A DNA stretch of 49,749 bases. It comes from Octopus bimaculoides (lineage: Eukaryota). How positions within the stretch are numbered: position 1 is the stretch's first letter; each line of letters begins with the position of its first letter. The DNA lies in NCBI RefSeq assembly GCF_001194135.2, contig NC_068982.1:61701494-61751242 (forward strand), read 5' to 3'. The position numbers were made by a program, and so were the translations under genes. Positions 10,640 through 22,270 of the stretch are shown one piece after another. The notes under the pieces are model-generated. The model was not told the origin of the DNA and did not search any database. It saw only the letters and a program-made list of their open reading frames with translations.

Positions 10640-12870
10640 GGAGAATTCCTCAATTCCTTTTTCACTATCTTATCATGCTTTTGCACTCCTTGATACTTGC
10701 ACCCTTCATTTTCTTTCAGTGGTCTTATGATATCATTGCATGGTATCTTTATCTTATCAGATTTAATCTTTTGGCCTCACTTCGTAATTAAAACTGTATA
10801 CTTATTCACTCCAAGCTGCATACCAATATCCTTACTAAATATTCTCACTGTTTAAACAAGAGAATCCAGGACTTTCACATAGTTGGTATATAATTTAAGA
10901 TATTCTTATATATATATATATATATATATATATACTTTATTTAAAAGCAGCAGAAATATAACAAAAGACTGTTACTCGGAGTTTCACATTCCCGTTCATC
11001 GGACAGTTTTGTTAGAAAATATATGTATATGTATGTATGTATGTATAACAATTGATTTGTTTCCTCCCTATTCTTAGCAAGCTCAGACGCCGGTCTGGTT
11101 TTTCTCAATATGCATGTCAAAGGAATCAACACAGTAAAAAAATGTAATGGAGAAAGTAGGTCTCCCTGTGGTATTCCCCTCCATATTTTCACATTTCCTT
11201 ATGTCATTTCTGCACTTTTGTTCTAGTTCCTACACTCTCATTACTCTTCATAATAAACTGCTAATCTTCTCATGCACTTTCAGAGTCTTCAGGCATTCCA
11301 AAAGCCAACACTGAAACACATTGTATGTATTCTTGTAGTCTATTCAACCAACAAGTTTTCCTTTTCACGTCATACTTCACTTAATATTGATATACTATAG
11401 CTCAACAGTTTACCTTGATTTCTTTCTGCATCCCTTTTACTGTTTGGTAATAGTCTCACCTTCTCTATAAAGCTGTATAATTCATCTGTTTTAGAACAGT
11501 TAGCAATTTCATGATCAATAGTGAGCATGTAATGGACTTACAATTACTGACAGTCCCTCCCCACCTTTTTTTCTATCTTTCTGTATCCACACTGTTCTCT
11601 TTGTCACCCATGTAAGTGTTCTATTTCCTATACAATCACTTTTGTAGTATTACCATCTTGACCTATTTTTCATTTCCCTTTTAAATTTTCTTAACCAATC
11701 AGCTTCACTGTTGTGTTGGATTTCCTTGTTCTAAGTGTCTGATCAAAAGTTCCTTACTATTTCAGTATTTGCTCTATCTTTCGCTTGATGTTCATTCTCA
11801 TTGTTCAGCTCTTGGTAAAAATTTCCTTTCATTGTTTCTGAAAAGCTGGCTCTACTGTTAATGATTATTCTTTCTTGATAACTAGTATTTTTAGCTGAAT
11901 TTGCTTTAATATTTTTTTTTGTCCTATCTCTTCTTTAGCAGCCTGTAACCCTCTTTCTTCTGCCTTTCTTTCACCATCTTCTTTTAGATTATTGCATTTA
12001 CTCATTCAAGGTCACTATTGAGCTGCTCAACTTGATTCTTTGGTCTCATTTTCATCAGGGGATTTGCCCGTTTTTCTGCTTAACTATTAATTTCTATAGT
12101 AATAGAGGCTGTACAGTAAATGGTAACATTTGAATCTGTTATATTCTCATCTTCGATTTTTTTATTAAAAGTTATCTAATTTCTTTACTGCTTTTCTTAG
12201 TTTTTCACAATTGGTTCTTCTCAAAACTGGTAGTCTTATTCTAACCCTAATCCTTGTCTCATTTAAACATTGAAATAAGCTCGTTTCCTCTTGTGTATTA
12301 TTCTTTCTGCCTATGAAGTAAAACATATTTTCATCCTCACTACTACTTCTTTCCACCTGATGATTCATTGATCTTTGGGCTATTTCTTGTTCAATTTCCT
12401 CTCCTATGTCGTCATGGTCCTCCTCTTTCACTGTTCCAACTATTTCTTTCATTTCCAACTGGGATATCCATTATTTTCTCATGAGTTGATTGTTTTTTTT
12501 GTTAATCCAGAACTCTTTGTTATAACAGGAAACATGTCTCTATCCATTTTTATGCATTCTTGTTCTGTATCTTGTTTTGTTGGGGTCACTCCTATAGTAA
12601 CATTCCATAACAATTCCATTGTCAATAACAATTCCACTTTTCCTAATTCTTGCAGCAGCTGTTGAATTAAGACCAAGCTAATCCTGCTTGCTATCCAAAA
12701 GTCTTTCATCTGAGGATCCTGTCTCATTAACATGATTAGGATATAAATTGGATCATGATGATAAAGCAAAATAACTACTGGTGCTTTTATTGAGACACCA
12801 TTTCTAGTGGGGCTACCAGCCAAAGCTAAAGAGGCCATCTTCCTCTTGTGGTGGTTCCAAATTTGCAAGT
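10640..12870 (-). mobile_element. Decayed R4/Dong-clade LINE spanning the N-terminus to the RT domain, with internal deletions and insertions
   Basis: Minus-strand motifs VMECYYRSDP...YRTRMHK...WISQLEMKEI, IDYKNTYN..CWLLECLKTLKVHEKI, IWRGIPQGDLLSPL.F..LIPL..ILRKT and DIGMQLGV.K; many stops. Confidence 0.8.
10968..11007 (-). ncRNA. Type I hammerhead-ribozyme motif with CCGATGA (U4C) core
   Basis: Minus strand ACTGT-CCGATGA-ACG(GGAA)TGT-GAAA-CTCCGAG-TA-ACAGT: perfect 5-bp stem I, 3-bp stem II with GNRA loop, near-palindromic stem III. Folded by eye only. Confidence 0.7.
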
Positions 12871-12987
12871 GCTGTCTTAGTATTTTGTATTTTCAAGGTA
12901 ATTATTGCTATCAACCATGAGCTGGTAGTTCAGGGTTCCATGGTTAATTATAATCATAGCAGCAACAGTAACAGTAATATAGACATA

Positions 12988-13150
12988 GGCACAGGCTTTG
13001 TGAAGTGAGAAGTTTGTTTCCCAACCACATGGTTTCAGGTTCAGTCTCACAGCCTGCAACCTTGGGCAAGTGTCTTCTACTATAGCCTTGGACTGACCAA
13101 TGCCTTGTGAATGGATTTAGTAGACAGAAACTAAAAGAAGTCCATTGTGT

Positions 13151-13190
<40 letters not shown>

Positions 13191-13748
13191 NNNNNNNNNN
13201 NNNNNNNNNNNNNNNNNNNNNNNNNNNNNNNNNNNNNNNNNNNNNNNNNNNNNNNNNNNNNNNNNNNNNNNNNNNNNNNNNNNNNNNNNNNNNNNNNNNN
13301 NNNNNNNNNNNNNNNNNNNNNNNNNNNNNNNNNNNNNGTGTGTGTTAGGCGGCACAAGCACTTACACACACACTTGTACACTCATGAAGGGAACCTCTGC
13401 CTACCAAATTCAATCACAAGGCTTCAGTTGACTTAAGACTATAGCAGGAAACACTTGCCAAAGGTACCACACAGAGGGACTGAACCAGAAACCATGTGGT
13501 TGAGAAGCAGGCTTCTTAACCACATAGCAATGTGTGTGTGTGTGTGTCTTTGTGCTTGTGTCTGCTTGATAACCAGTGCTGATTTGTTTATGTCACTGTA
13601 ACTTAGTGGTTTGGCAAAAGGGACCAATAGAATAAGTACCAGACTTTAAGAATAAGAACTGGGGTTGATCTGTTTGACTAAAACCCTTCAAGGCAGTGCC
13701 CCAGCTTGGCCAAAGTCCAATGGCTGAAACAAGTAAAAGATAAGAGTA
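12988..13748 (+). mobile_element. SINE family C (tRNA head, internal CA/TG microsatellite, tail) with an inverted family C head (13385-13530) nested in its microsatellite
   Basis: Head ...CCCAACCACATGGTTTCAGGTTCAGTC...GGCAAGTGTCTTCTACTATAGCC; tail TAACTTAGTGGTTTGGCAAAAG...GCTGAAACAAGTAAAAG; the reverse-complement head lies between them across an N-gap. Confidence 0.75.
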
Positions 13749-14419
13749 AGCGATATACTACTTAGATGACCATTGATCTGCTCTTTAACAGGTTTTTGCT
13801 TTTCAACTTGCTGAGTGTTGAAATAGGAAACAAGAAAAAAACATTCTCTTCACCATGCATACTTAGTTGGGGTTGCCAGTTTATTCAATGACAGCCTGAC
13901 TGTATTGAGGTTGTGTTACATTGCATGACTACCAGTAGCAGGTCATTGTCCTGATATTCTGCATTGCAGTAACAAGTTTACTCCCATTTTCTCAGGGGAT
14001 ATGAGGATATTGTTGTCATGTGTGTTGGGCATGAATTCCATTAAGAATGATGAAATAGAAGTAAAAAGTAAGTGGGGAAGAGAAACTAAATAGGATTGGA
14101 CTGCTCTGTGCAAAGAATAGAGAAAGAGGAAAACTGTTTAGTATGGAGAAAATAATTGTGATTTATCCTAACCAATGGATATTTTTCTACCCACTGTTTA
14201 CAATAAAGTTGAAAATGAGAGGGAATTAAAGAACTTAGATAGGATTATTTAGTGTGGAGAATAGGAGATGAGAAAAACAACTGAAATAAACAAATTATGA
14301 CTTTGCTAAGAACGATGGAAAAGAAGATGGAAATGAGAAATGAGGAAAGATAGGATTGGACAATTCAGTGTTGAGAATAAAGAAAGTTTATCATCATCAT
14401 CATCATCATTATTATTATT

Positions 14420-14551
14420 AAACCACCGAAGTCGATTTTGCCTTTCATCCTTTCGGGATCGATAAATTAAGCACCTGTGCACCACTGGGGTTGATGTAAT
14501 CAACTAGTCCCCTTCATCCAAATTTCAGGCCTTGTGCCTTTAGTAGAAAGG

Positions 14552-14598
<47 letters not shown>

Positions 14599-14820
14599 GG
14601 AGGTGAGCTGGCAGAATCCTTAGCACATTGGATGAAATGCTTAGCAGTATTTTGCCTGTCGCTATGTTCTGAGTTCAAATTCTGCTGAGGTTGACTTTGC
14701 CTTCCATCCTTTCTGGGTGGAGAAATTAAGTGTCAGTGAAACATTGGGGTTGATGTAACTCACTTATCCCCTCCCCCAAAATTCCTGCCCTTGTGACAAA
14801 ATTTGAAACCATTATTATTA
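14420..14820 (+). mobile_element. Two tandem SINE family B copies with (ATT)n tails
   Basis: Partial copy 14420-14595 and a full copy from AAGGAGGTGAGCTGGCAGAATC at about 14597. Confidence 0.85.
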
Positions 14821-14823
14821 TAC

Positions 14824-14954
14824 TATTTACATTTGATGGATATTTGTCTTCATCTTGTTTGTTGTTAACACAACATTTCGGCTGATATACCCTCCAGCCT
14901 TCATCAGGGAAATTTTGAACCTGGGTTCTCATTCCTAAGGTATTTTTCGATGTA

Positions 14955-14985
<31 letters not shown>

Positions 14986-15045
14986 TCACAGCCTGGAATT
15001 GAACTCGGATGAGGACAAATATTCATCAAATGTAAATAATGTAAA
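14824..15045 (-). mobile_element. Small non-coding element with Pol III B-box remnant, (AAT)n spacer, hammerhead core and an inverted duplicate of its 3' end
   Basis: Minus: CCGAGTTCAATTCC (15008-14995), (AAT)n, then CTGATGA-A-GGCTG-N10-CAGCC-GAAA-TG-TT (14907-14872). 14824-14854 and 15008-15038 are a 31-bp inverted repeat with 2 mismatches. Confidence 0.65.
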
Positions 15046-15648
15046 TAATGTACATAATTCCTCATCTCTTAAATGTAGAACTGTATCCAAAGAAAAGTTC
15101 ATACATAGATACATACACACAGCAAATATTGGATGTCAGTTTCACTTTTCATTACCACATGAGAATAAAATGAACTCACAAGTGGCTGAGTACTCAACAG
15201 ACATGCATANNNNNNNNNNNNNNNNNNNNNNNNNNNNNNNNNNNNNNNNNNNNNNNNNNNNNNNNNNNNNNNNNNNNNNNNNNNNNNNNNNNNNNNNNNN
15301 NNNNNNNNNNNNNNNNNNNNNNNNNNNNNNNNNNNNNNNNNNNNNNNNNNNNNNNNNNNNNNNNNNNNNNNNNNNNNNNNNNNNNNNNNNNNNNNNNNNN
15401 NNNNNNNNNNNNNNNNNNNNNNNNNNNNNNNNNNNNNNNNNNNNNNNNNNNNNNNNNNNNNNNNNNNNNNNNNNNNNNNNNNNNNNNNNNNNNNNNNNNN
15501 NNNNNNNNNNNNNNNNNNNNNNNTAACCAAACCCCGGAGGATACACTTCAAGTACTGTTCTCTCTTTTTTCAGCACATCACACTCTTTACCACTTCATAC
15601 TAAAAATATCCACCTATGGATATAATAATAGATTACTTTATTTTTTCT

Positions 15649-15697
15649 GTCTCCGATGAAGGGAAGTACTGGATCTTCCCAGAAACAGCTGTAAGAC
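15649..15697 (+). ncRNA. Minimal type I hammerhead-ribozyme motif with CCGATGA (U4C) core
   Basis: GTCT-CCGATGA-A-GGGAAG(TACTGGAT)CTTCCC-A-GAAA-CAGCTG-TA-AGAC: 4-bp stem I, 6-bp stem II, palindromic ACAGCTGT stem III of the PLE-type dimerising kind. Confidence 0.75.
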
Positions 15698-16054
15698 TCT
15701 ATCCATAAAATTCTTCAACCTTACCTTTGCTCTCTTTATCTTTTTGTTTTTATATATTTACATATATATATATATATATGAATATGTATAGTTTAGGTTA
15801 GTTAAAACATGCTTGCAATAATAAGTGTCGTGTGGTGGAAATAAACACAATTACCAAACTTTCATTCATAAATCCATTTATTATTTCGTTCTTTTGCATT
15901 TTAATTTGTACATTAAGTTTCTTTGAATATGTATGATGTATTTTAAGGTTAAATAGTAATTCTGTTTATGTTTGTGTAACAGATATTTTGGTTGGATTAT
16001 ATAGTCATTGGTGTTACATTACTTTCTATATTCTGTAACTGTCACAATATACTT

Positions 16055-16510
16055 TTCTAGGCCTGAATTTTTTGTGGGGAGTGGGGCCAGTTGATTAGAT
16101 CGACCCCACTGATACTTAATTTATCGACCCCGAAAGGATGAAAAGCAAAGTCAATCTCAGTAGAATTTGAACTCAGAACGTAAAGACAGACAGTTATAAT
16201 ATACAAACATTTCTCATTGCACCAGTACACTGTTTACAGATGCTTACATTTTTTATGTTTTCTGTGAATCTTCTATGGCTCCAGCTGGTTATTATTATTA
16301 TTAAAAGGCAGTGAGCCAGGCAAAATACAAGCTTAGTAGCATTTTGTTCATCTCTACATTCTGAGTTCAAATTCTGCTGAGGTTGACTTTGCTTTTCATC
16401 CTTTTGGGATCGATAAAATAAGTACCAGTTGAACACTGGGGTCAATGTAATCAATTTCCTCCTCCCCTTGAAACTGCTGGCCTTGTGCCAAAATAAAGGA
16501 AAATTATTAT
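16055..16510. mobile_element. Two SINE family B copies in divergent orientation (minus 16055-16190; plus 16300-16510)
   Basis: Family B B-box and central domain on opposite strands. Confidence 0.75.
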
Positions 16511-17299
16511 TTATGTCATTGACACGATCCTGATTAATAGGAAATTTGGTTTCATCATAAGTTGTATTAATATTTTTGGAGGTTTTTTTTTCTTTCATTT
16601 TTTTTTTTGTTTGTTTTACAGTGATTAGGATCTGTATACATTTTTTGATTTTGATGAGAAAGTGACCTGCAACATAGGGGTGTGGTTTTTTTCCCTTTTA
16701 TGCTCTCCCCACTACAAGGCTTTATTCTCATTAAATCTTTGTTTTTAAAGGAAAATCCATAATTTCATTTAAAAAAATAATGGAATCAAATGATGGCATT
16801 TTAATGTTTTTGTTGGAAGGATCTAAGGGAAGGAGGAGGTGATTCAAAGAATGGGAAAGAGAGAGAGGGAGAACGAGAAGGAGAACAAGAGGGAGAGAGA
16901 GAGAGTATTGACTCTACAAAAGTTAAAAAGTACGACTGTGTCATGGTGGCAGCTACCACTACTTCCATAGCACAAAAAAAGCATTAATGTCATAATCAAA
17001 GCAGCTACTACCACTGTAACATTGACATCGCTGCAACAACATGCAAATAAAGAGTGTGTGCAACTATTTGCATCAGCAACAGCAACAAGACAAATACCAA
17101 CAAGAAAAACAACAGTAACAATGATATGATCCTACAAACAGAATTTATTTGCATATGCAATGAGTCAATGGACATGCCATTTGCTCTGGGGCTGAAATGA
17201 AGCTGTTAAAAATACATGGACTAATATCATACTCACTGAAGTAACGGTAGCTCTCCCACCAAAAATACTTATGCATCAATCATTGTTGCAGTATCAGAA

Positions 17300-18800
17300 A
17301 CACAAGAAAGAGGTGTGTAACAAGGAGACCACTGGGAACAGTGATGGCTTTCTGTAACTGTGAACAAAAAGTCTGAATAGTAGCCCCCGACCACATACAT
17401 GACCTGTGTAGCTGTGATGATCCCAGTTTATTTGGAGTGATATGTGACAAAAGTCAGTCCCCAGCTTTCCACCCAACAAGGATGAAGCCAAAGTAGTGAC
17501 AATTGGAGAGGAACCTGGAAAAGCCATAGGACTTAGTTTATCTCCCAATAGAACTAAATGTAAATATTGTTAGAGTTCCAGGTAGTAGTTGCACCTGTGG
17601 AACTGTATATCTTCTATATCTTTCACAGATGCTTCTGTTTCAAAGAATGTGAGCAGATGTAGATGGTGTTGAAGGGCAAAACCCCCCAAATGTTATAAAT
17701 GTGGAAGAATGAACCACCTAAAGGCTTTTTATCTCACAGTCCTTCACTGCTGCTATCAACAACCTGACTACTGCAACTGCTACAACAGTGATAATTGCAG
17801 AAGCTGTTTTCGACAGCTTCTGCAATTATCACAACAGCAAGGGTCAAAGCAGTGACAACAGCAGCAAGAGTCAAAACAACCACACTGACAGCAGTGGCTA
17901 GAGCAGAATCAGCAACAAACACACAAAAGAACTCTTCAATTACATTATTCTCCAAAAATTGAATGGGGAGTTGATGAAATTTGTTCAGTCAAACAGGGAC
18001 AAAATACTTAAGGTTTTGATATTTTACTGTTCTAATTACACCAAAAAAGAGACATCTGGTGAGAACTACATCAGAAGCATATTGTATGTTGAGAGAATAT
18101 CACTTGGCCATTCAAGAGTTCTGAAAAGAATTACTTCTAGACTTGAGTAAATGATACCCTTCCACTTGCTTTTTTCCTTTTTTTTGTTTTTCCTCTTGGG
18201 ATTAGCATTGAAGCAGGGGTTCCTGCTCTATAATTTCAGGCCACTATGTCGTGTGTTAGCCTTCAGTGAGATGCACCATTTTACCCTCTTTTTCACTATG
18301 TGATTTGCAACTCTTTTGGTCAGCTTAGATTAAATGGCATAGTAAGGTTGTTTTGGAAAGGCTTTAGTCTAGAAATACATATGATCCTCTTAGATCCAAG
18401 TGGTAGGTTGGTGATCCTGGATGTGAACAGTAGCAGATATGGTGGTAGTACCTTCAGACATGTGGTTGGATGGCTGTCTGGAGACATTTCTTGGAACAAT
18501 TGACTCATTAGGAGTAGTGGGTCTTTGGAATGGTATCATGGATGCAAGCAGGTGGTTGTTGCATAAAGGAGAAGGTTAGTGCAAAAGCCTCCCAAACTTG
18601 TCAAGCAGTTTCACTTCTCTGTCAAATGTCAACTGGATTTTCCTAATATACTAATGTAGCTTTGACAAACTGCTGCAAGCCATCTATTTCATACTTGAAT
18701 ATAGTTTCCATCATGTTAGCTAGTAGGATTAGTATAAATTGTTTACAGTTTTGAGTAATTGTCTACGTAGTCTAAAAATTCACTCTCTGCAGAGTTTCCA
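17300..18800 (+). mobile_element. Decayed L1/Tx1-group LINE 5' part: ORF1 zinc knuckle and APE endonuclease remnant
   Basis: CYKCGRMNHLKAFY at 17691-17732 (last Cys mutated); LDPSGRLVILDV at about 18390-18425 resembles the APE DxxGR.v.l motif; many stops. Confidence 0.55.
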
Positions 18801-18829
18801 GTCTTCCTTGAAAACTGGTCAAGGGAAAT

Positions 18830-18960
18830 ATTTCCTTACTTAGAAACAGATGAGGGTTGGTGACAAGAAGAGCTTATGGCTGTAGAAAATCTGCCTTCAC
18901 AAATTTTATCTAACCCATGCAAGCATGGAACAGTGGATGTTACATGATGATGATGATTGT
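18830..18960 (+). mobile_element. Old RTE-type 3' tail fragment (similar ones at 31560-31800 minus, 39060-39230 plus, 40275-40425 plus)
   Basis: GGCTGTAGAAAATCTGCC...AACCCATGCAAGCATGGAA...GATGTTA-(ATG)n. Confidence 0.65.
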
Positions 18961-20318
18961 GTGTGTGTGTGTGTGAACATATGAATGTATAATTATTTTT
19001 GTGAATAAGTATCTATATATGTATATGTGTATGTGCTTGTGTATATATATATGTATGACTACTGAATTGTAGCAAAAAGAATAAAAAGGAAGAAAGGGAA
19101 ATAAATGAAACTTAATGTAAAGATAACTCTTATTCAAAATATTTGGTGTTCCCAATGTTATCAATATTATATAATTTAATCTATATTAAATATATTTTTT
19201 ACATTGGGAAAAGAAAAAAAAAATCTATTGCAAATACTGTAGATCATCATTTCTCAATCTTTTTGCTCTAAGAAAACTCTTGAAATACATTCCATGTCTC
19301 AAGGAACCCTCATATAAAAATGTCTTTATTAATCTTTTTCTTTCTCTTTCATAAAGTTAAATTTCATAAGAATTTGCGATCATAAAACATTTTTGAAAGG
19401 TTTGACAGTGCCTAAATCTATCAGATGTCACATTACAAACACACGAAAATAAGTTTAAGAAATTTTATCTTAAGCATAATCTTTTTTTTTTGCAAAATAT
19501 CCCAAGAAATAATTTTTGTTGTAGGATCTCCCTACTATCTGCAAGTTACCAGTATTGAAAAATGCCATTTGTATATAATAAAATTACAATTATTAGAACT
19601 GAATGCAAAACTGATTAAAAAAAATATTTGCATGTAATTAGCCTATGCATCTTTTTTTCTTTCTAGAATTTAAGCAATCTCTTCCTGAACCTCAGTTGGG
19701 AAACACTATTTTATAGTATTGCTTCTACAGATGTTGTCCAACAGCAGATCAAGCTTCATCAAATATATCTATGATCAAAGGCATTCCAGCCATGACCATC
19801 TTGTTTTATGGGACGTATCAAAGATTGCATTATCAAACATGTTCTTTGCTGTTTTAAGCTAGTGTAGAGGGATTTGAGGGAAATTTGACTGTTGTTTCTG
19901 ACAGGCAAATTGACCATATAAAGACTAACTTGTTTGCTCATAAGTGACATGGTATATTGTTATGGCATCATACAGGATGTAATAGAACTGTTAATGTGGT
20001 AAACTTGAAAATTGTTTTATAAAAGAAATATGTCTTTTAATAAAATAATATAATTTAATGACAGAAAAATATATGAATAAAATTTATCTTGTATGAGTTG
20101 AACAAATGCAAGCAAGCTTTTCAAAAATTTTGTATATTCATGTATTTAAAACAAATATAGTTATAGTCTGGCTGGAAATAGATCTTGGTGTTAAAAGAAT
20201 TATTAAAATGCAAGTTGTATATACTAAATAACAAAATGCGCATGCAAATTTCAGATTATGTTGAAGCAATGCTCTCTTGGCAAGTTAGATCTTAGAATCT
20301 AAACATTCACCTTTGTGT

Positions 20319-20319
<1 letters not shown>

Positions 20320-20378
<59 letters not shown>
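20320..20378. repeat. (TAG)n microsatellite
   Basis: Perfect run of about 19 units. Confidence 0.95.
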
Positions 20379-20403
20379 CAGAATCCAAATATCACTTTCT
20401 CAC

Positions 20404-20448
20404 CAAATCTTTTCCATTCTGTTACTCTGTACTCTGAGCTGTTAACAC
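20404..20448 (-). CDS. Candidate 45-nt symmetric (phase 1-1) internal exon of an unknown host gene, peptide (G)VNSSEYRVTEWKRF(G)
   Basis: Minus strand ctactgacacttttcag|GTGTTAAC...AAGATTTG|gtgaga; only one of three frames is open; lies in non-repeat sequence. No neighbouring exon identified. Confidence 0.3.
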
Positions 20449-20937
20449 CTGAAAAGTGTCAGTAGACAGCTGGACTCAATTATTTCAGTTACTAGTAAAC
20501 AAAAACTGATGTGTGAACACTGGCAAAATGTGAGTGTTGATAAAAAATAATTGTAATAAATTACAAGTGACAATCAAATATCATTATTATCATTATCATT
20601 ATCATTGTTGTTATCGCCGCCATCACCATCATGGTCATCATGGCCATCAACATTGCCATCATCATCATCATCATCATCATTGTCATCAATATTTCTCATA
20701 ATCATCATAAACAAGNNNNNNNNNNTAAACAAGCAAAGCAAAAGGAAAGTAACATTAAAAATGAATGGTAGTGATGGTGGCTGGGAATTATTATATGTAT
20801 GTATGTATGCAAAATATATATATATTTTTTAAAATATAAATGAAATAAAGTACTAATATATATATATAAACAATATCAAGGAGATATAAAAGGAATCATA
20901 AATATGTACAAATATAAAACAGTTACATATATGTATA

Positions 20938-21243
20938 CTCTCTTTTACTCGTTTCAGTCATTTGACTGTTGCCATGCTGGAGCACTGCCTTTTGTTGAGC
21001 AAATCGACCCCAGGACTTATTCTTTGTAAGCCTAGTACTTATACTACCGGTCTCTTTTGCTGAACCGCTATACATATATATGACGGGCTTCTTTCAGTTT
21101 CCGTCTACCAAATCCACTCACAAGGCTTTGGTCGGCCCGAGGCTATAGTAGAAGACACTTTCCCAAGGTGCCACACAGTGGGACTGAGCCTGGAACCATA
21201 TGGTTCGTAAGCAAGCTACTTACCACATAGCCGCTCCTACGCC
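20938..21243 (-). mobile_element. SINE family C, near full length, with 8-bp TSD TATGTATA
   Basis: Head and tail both present; TATGTATA at 20930-20937 and 21244-21251. Confidence 0.85.
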
Positions 21244-21362
21244 TATGTATAGATATAAAATATAGAACACAACAGGATGCAACAGAACGAAATGAGAATA
21301 TAAAAATGAATATAAAAATATAAATATAAAAAGAAGTTTAAAAATATGCAATATATATATCG

Positions 21363-22270
21363 TCATCATCATCATCATCATTGTTTAACGTCTGCTTTCC
21401 ATGCTGGCATGTTTTGGACGGTTTGACTGAGGACTGGCAAGCCAGATGGCTGTACCCGGCTCCAATCTGATCTGGCAATACTTCTACAGCTGGATGCCCT
21501 TCCTAACGCCAACCACTCCGAGGGTGTAGTGGGTGCTTTTACGTGCCGCTGGCACAAGGGCCAGTCAGGCGGTACTGGTGACGTCCATGCTCAAATGGTG
21601 TTTTTTATGTGCCACCTGCACAGGAGCCAGTCCAGTGGCACTGGCAATGACCTTGCTCAAATGTTGCTTTTCATGTGCCACTGGCACAAGAGCCAGTAAG
21701 GCGATGCTGGTAACGATCATGCTCGAATGGTGCCTTTTATGTGCCACCGGCACGGGAGCTAGTCAGCGGCCCTGGCAATGATCATGCTTGGATGGTGCTT
21801 TTAACATTCCACTGGCATGGGTGCCAGTTAGGCCGTGCTGTCATCGGCTATGTCAACAAATTTGATTTTGATTATGATTTCACTTGCCTCAACAGATCTT
21901 CGCAAGCAACACATAAGTAGGCTGGTTATACCACTGGCATAGGCCATGGGTTATGGTCTCACTTGGCTTGCCGGGTCTTCTCAAGCACAGCATATTTCCA
22001 AAGTCTCGGTCACTAGTCATTGCCTCGGTGAGGCCCAATGTTTGAAGGTCGTGCTTCACCACCTCATCACAGGTCTTCCTGAGTCTACCTCTTCCACAGA
22101 TTCCCTCAACTGCTAGGGTGTGACACTTCTTCACACAGTTGTCCTCATCTATTCACACCACATGTCCATACCGGTGTACTCGTTTCTCTTTCACACCACA
22201 TCTGATACTTCTTAGGTCCAGCTTTTCTCTGAAGGTGCTTGCACTCTGTCGTGTATGCACACTAACATGT
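21363..22270 (-). mobile_element. 5'-truncated RTE-clade LINE: ORF2 C-terminus, 3' UTR with 66-bp tandem array, (ATG)n tail
   Basis: Minus peptide REKLDLRSIRCGVKEKRVHRYGHVV*IDEDNCVKKCHTLAVEGICGRGRLRKTCDEVVKHDL matches the RTE RLRWFGHV..GxRGRGRPRKTW signature; ORF ends near 21960. Confidence 0.9.

Noticed and set aside
21527-21850. Regularly spaced palindromic repeats resembling a CRISPR array or a 22-aa repeat protein
   Set aside because: Whole units are repeated with no unique spacers, there are no cas genes, and the array lies in an RTE 3' UTR.
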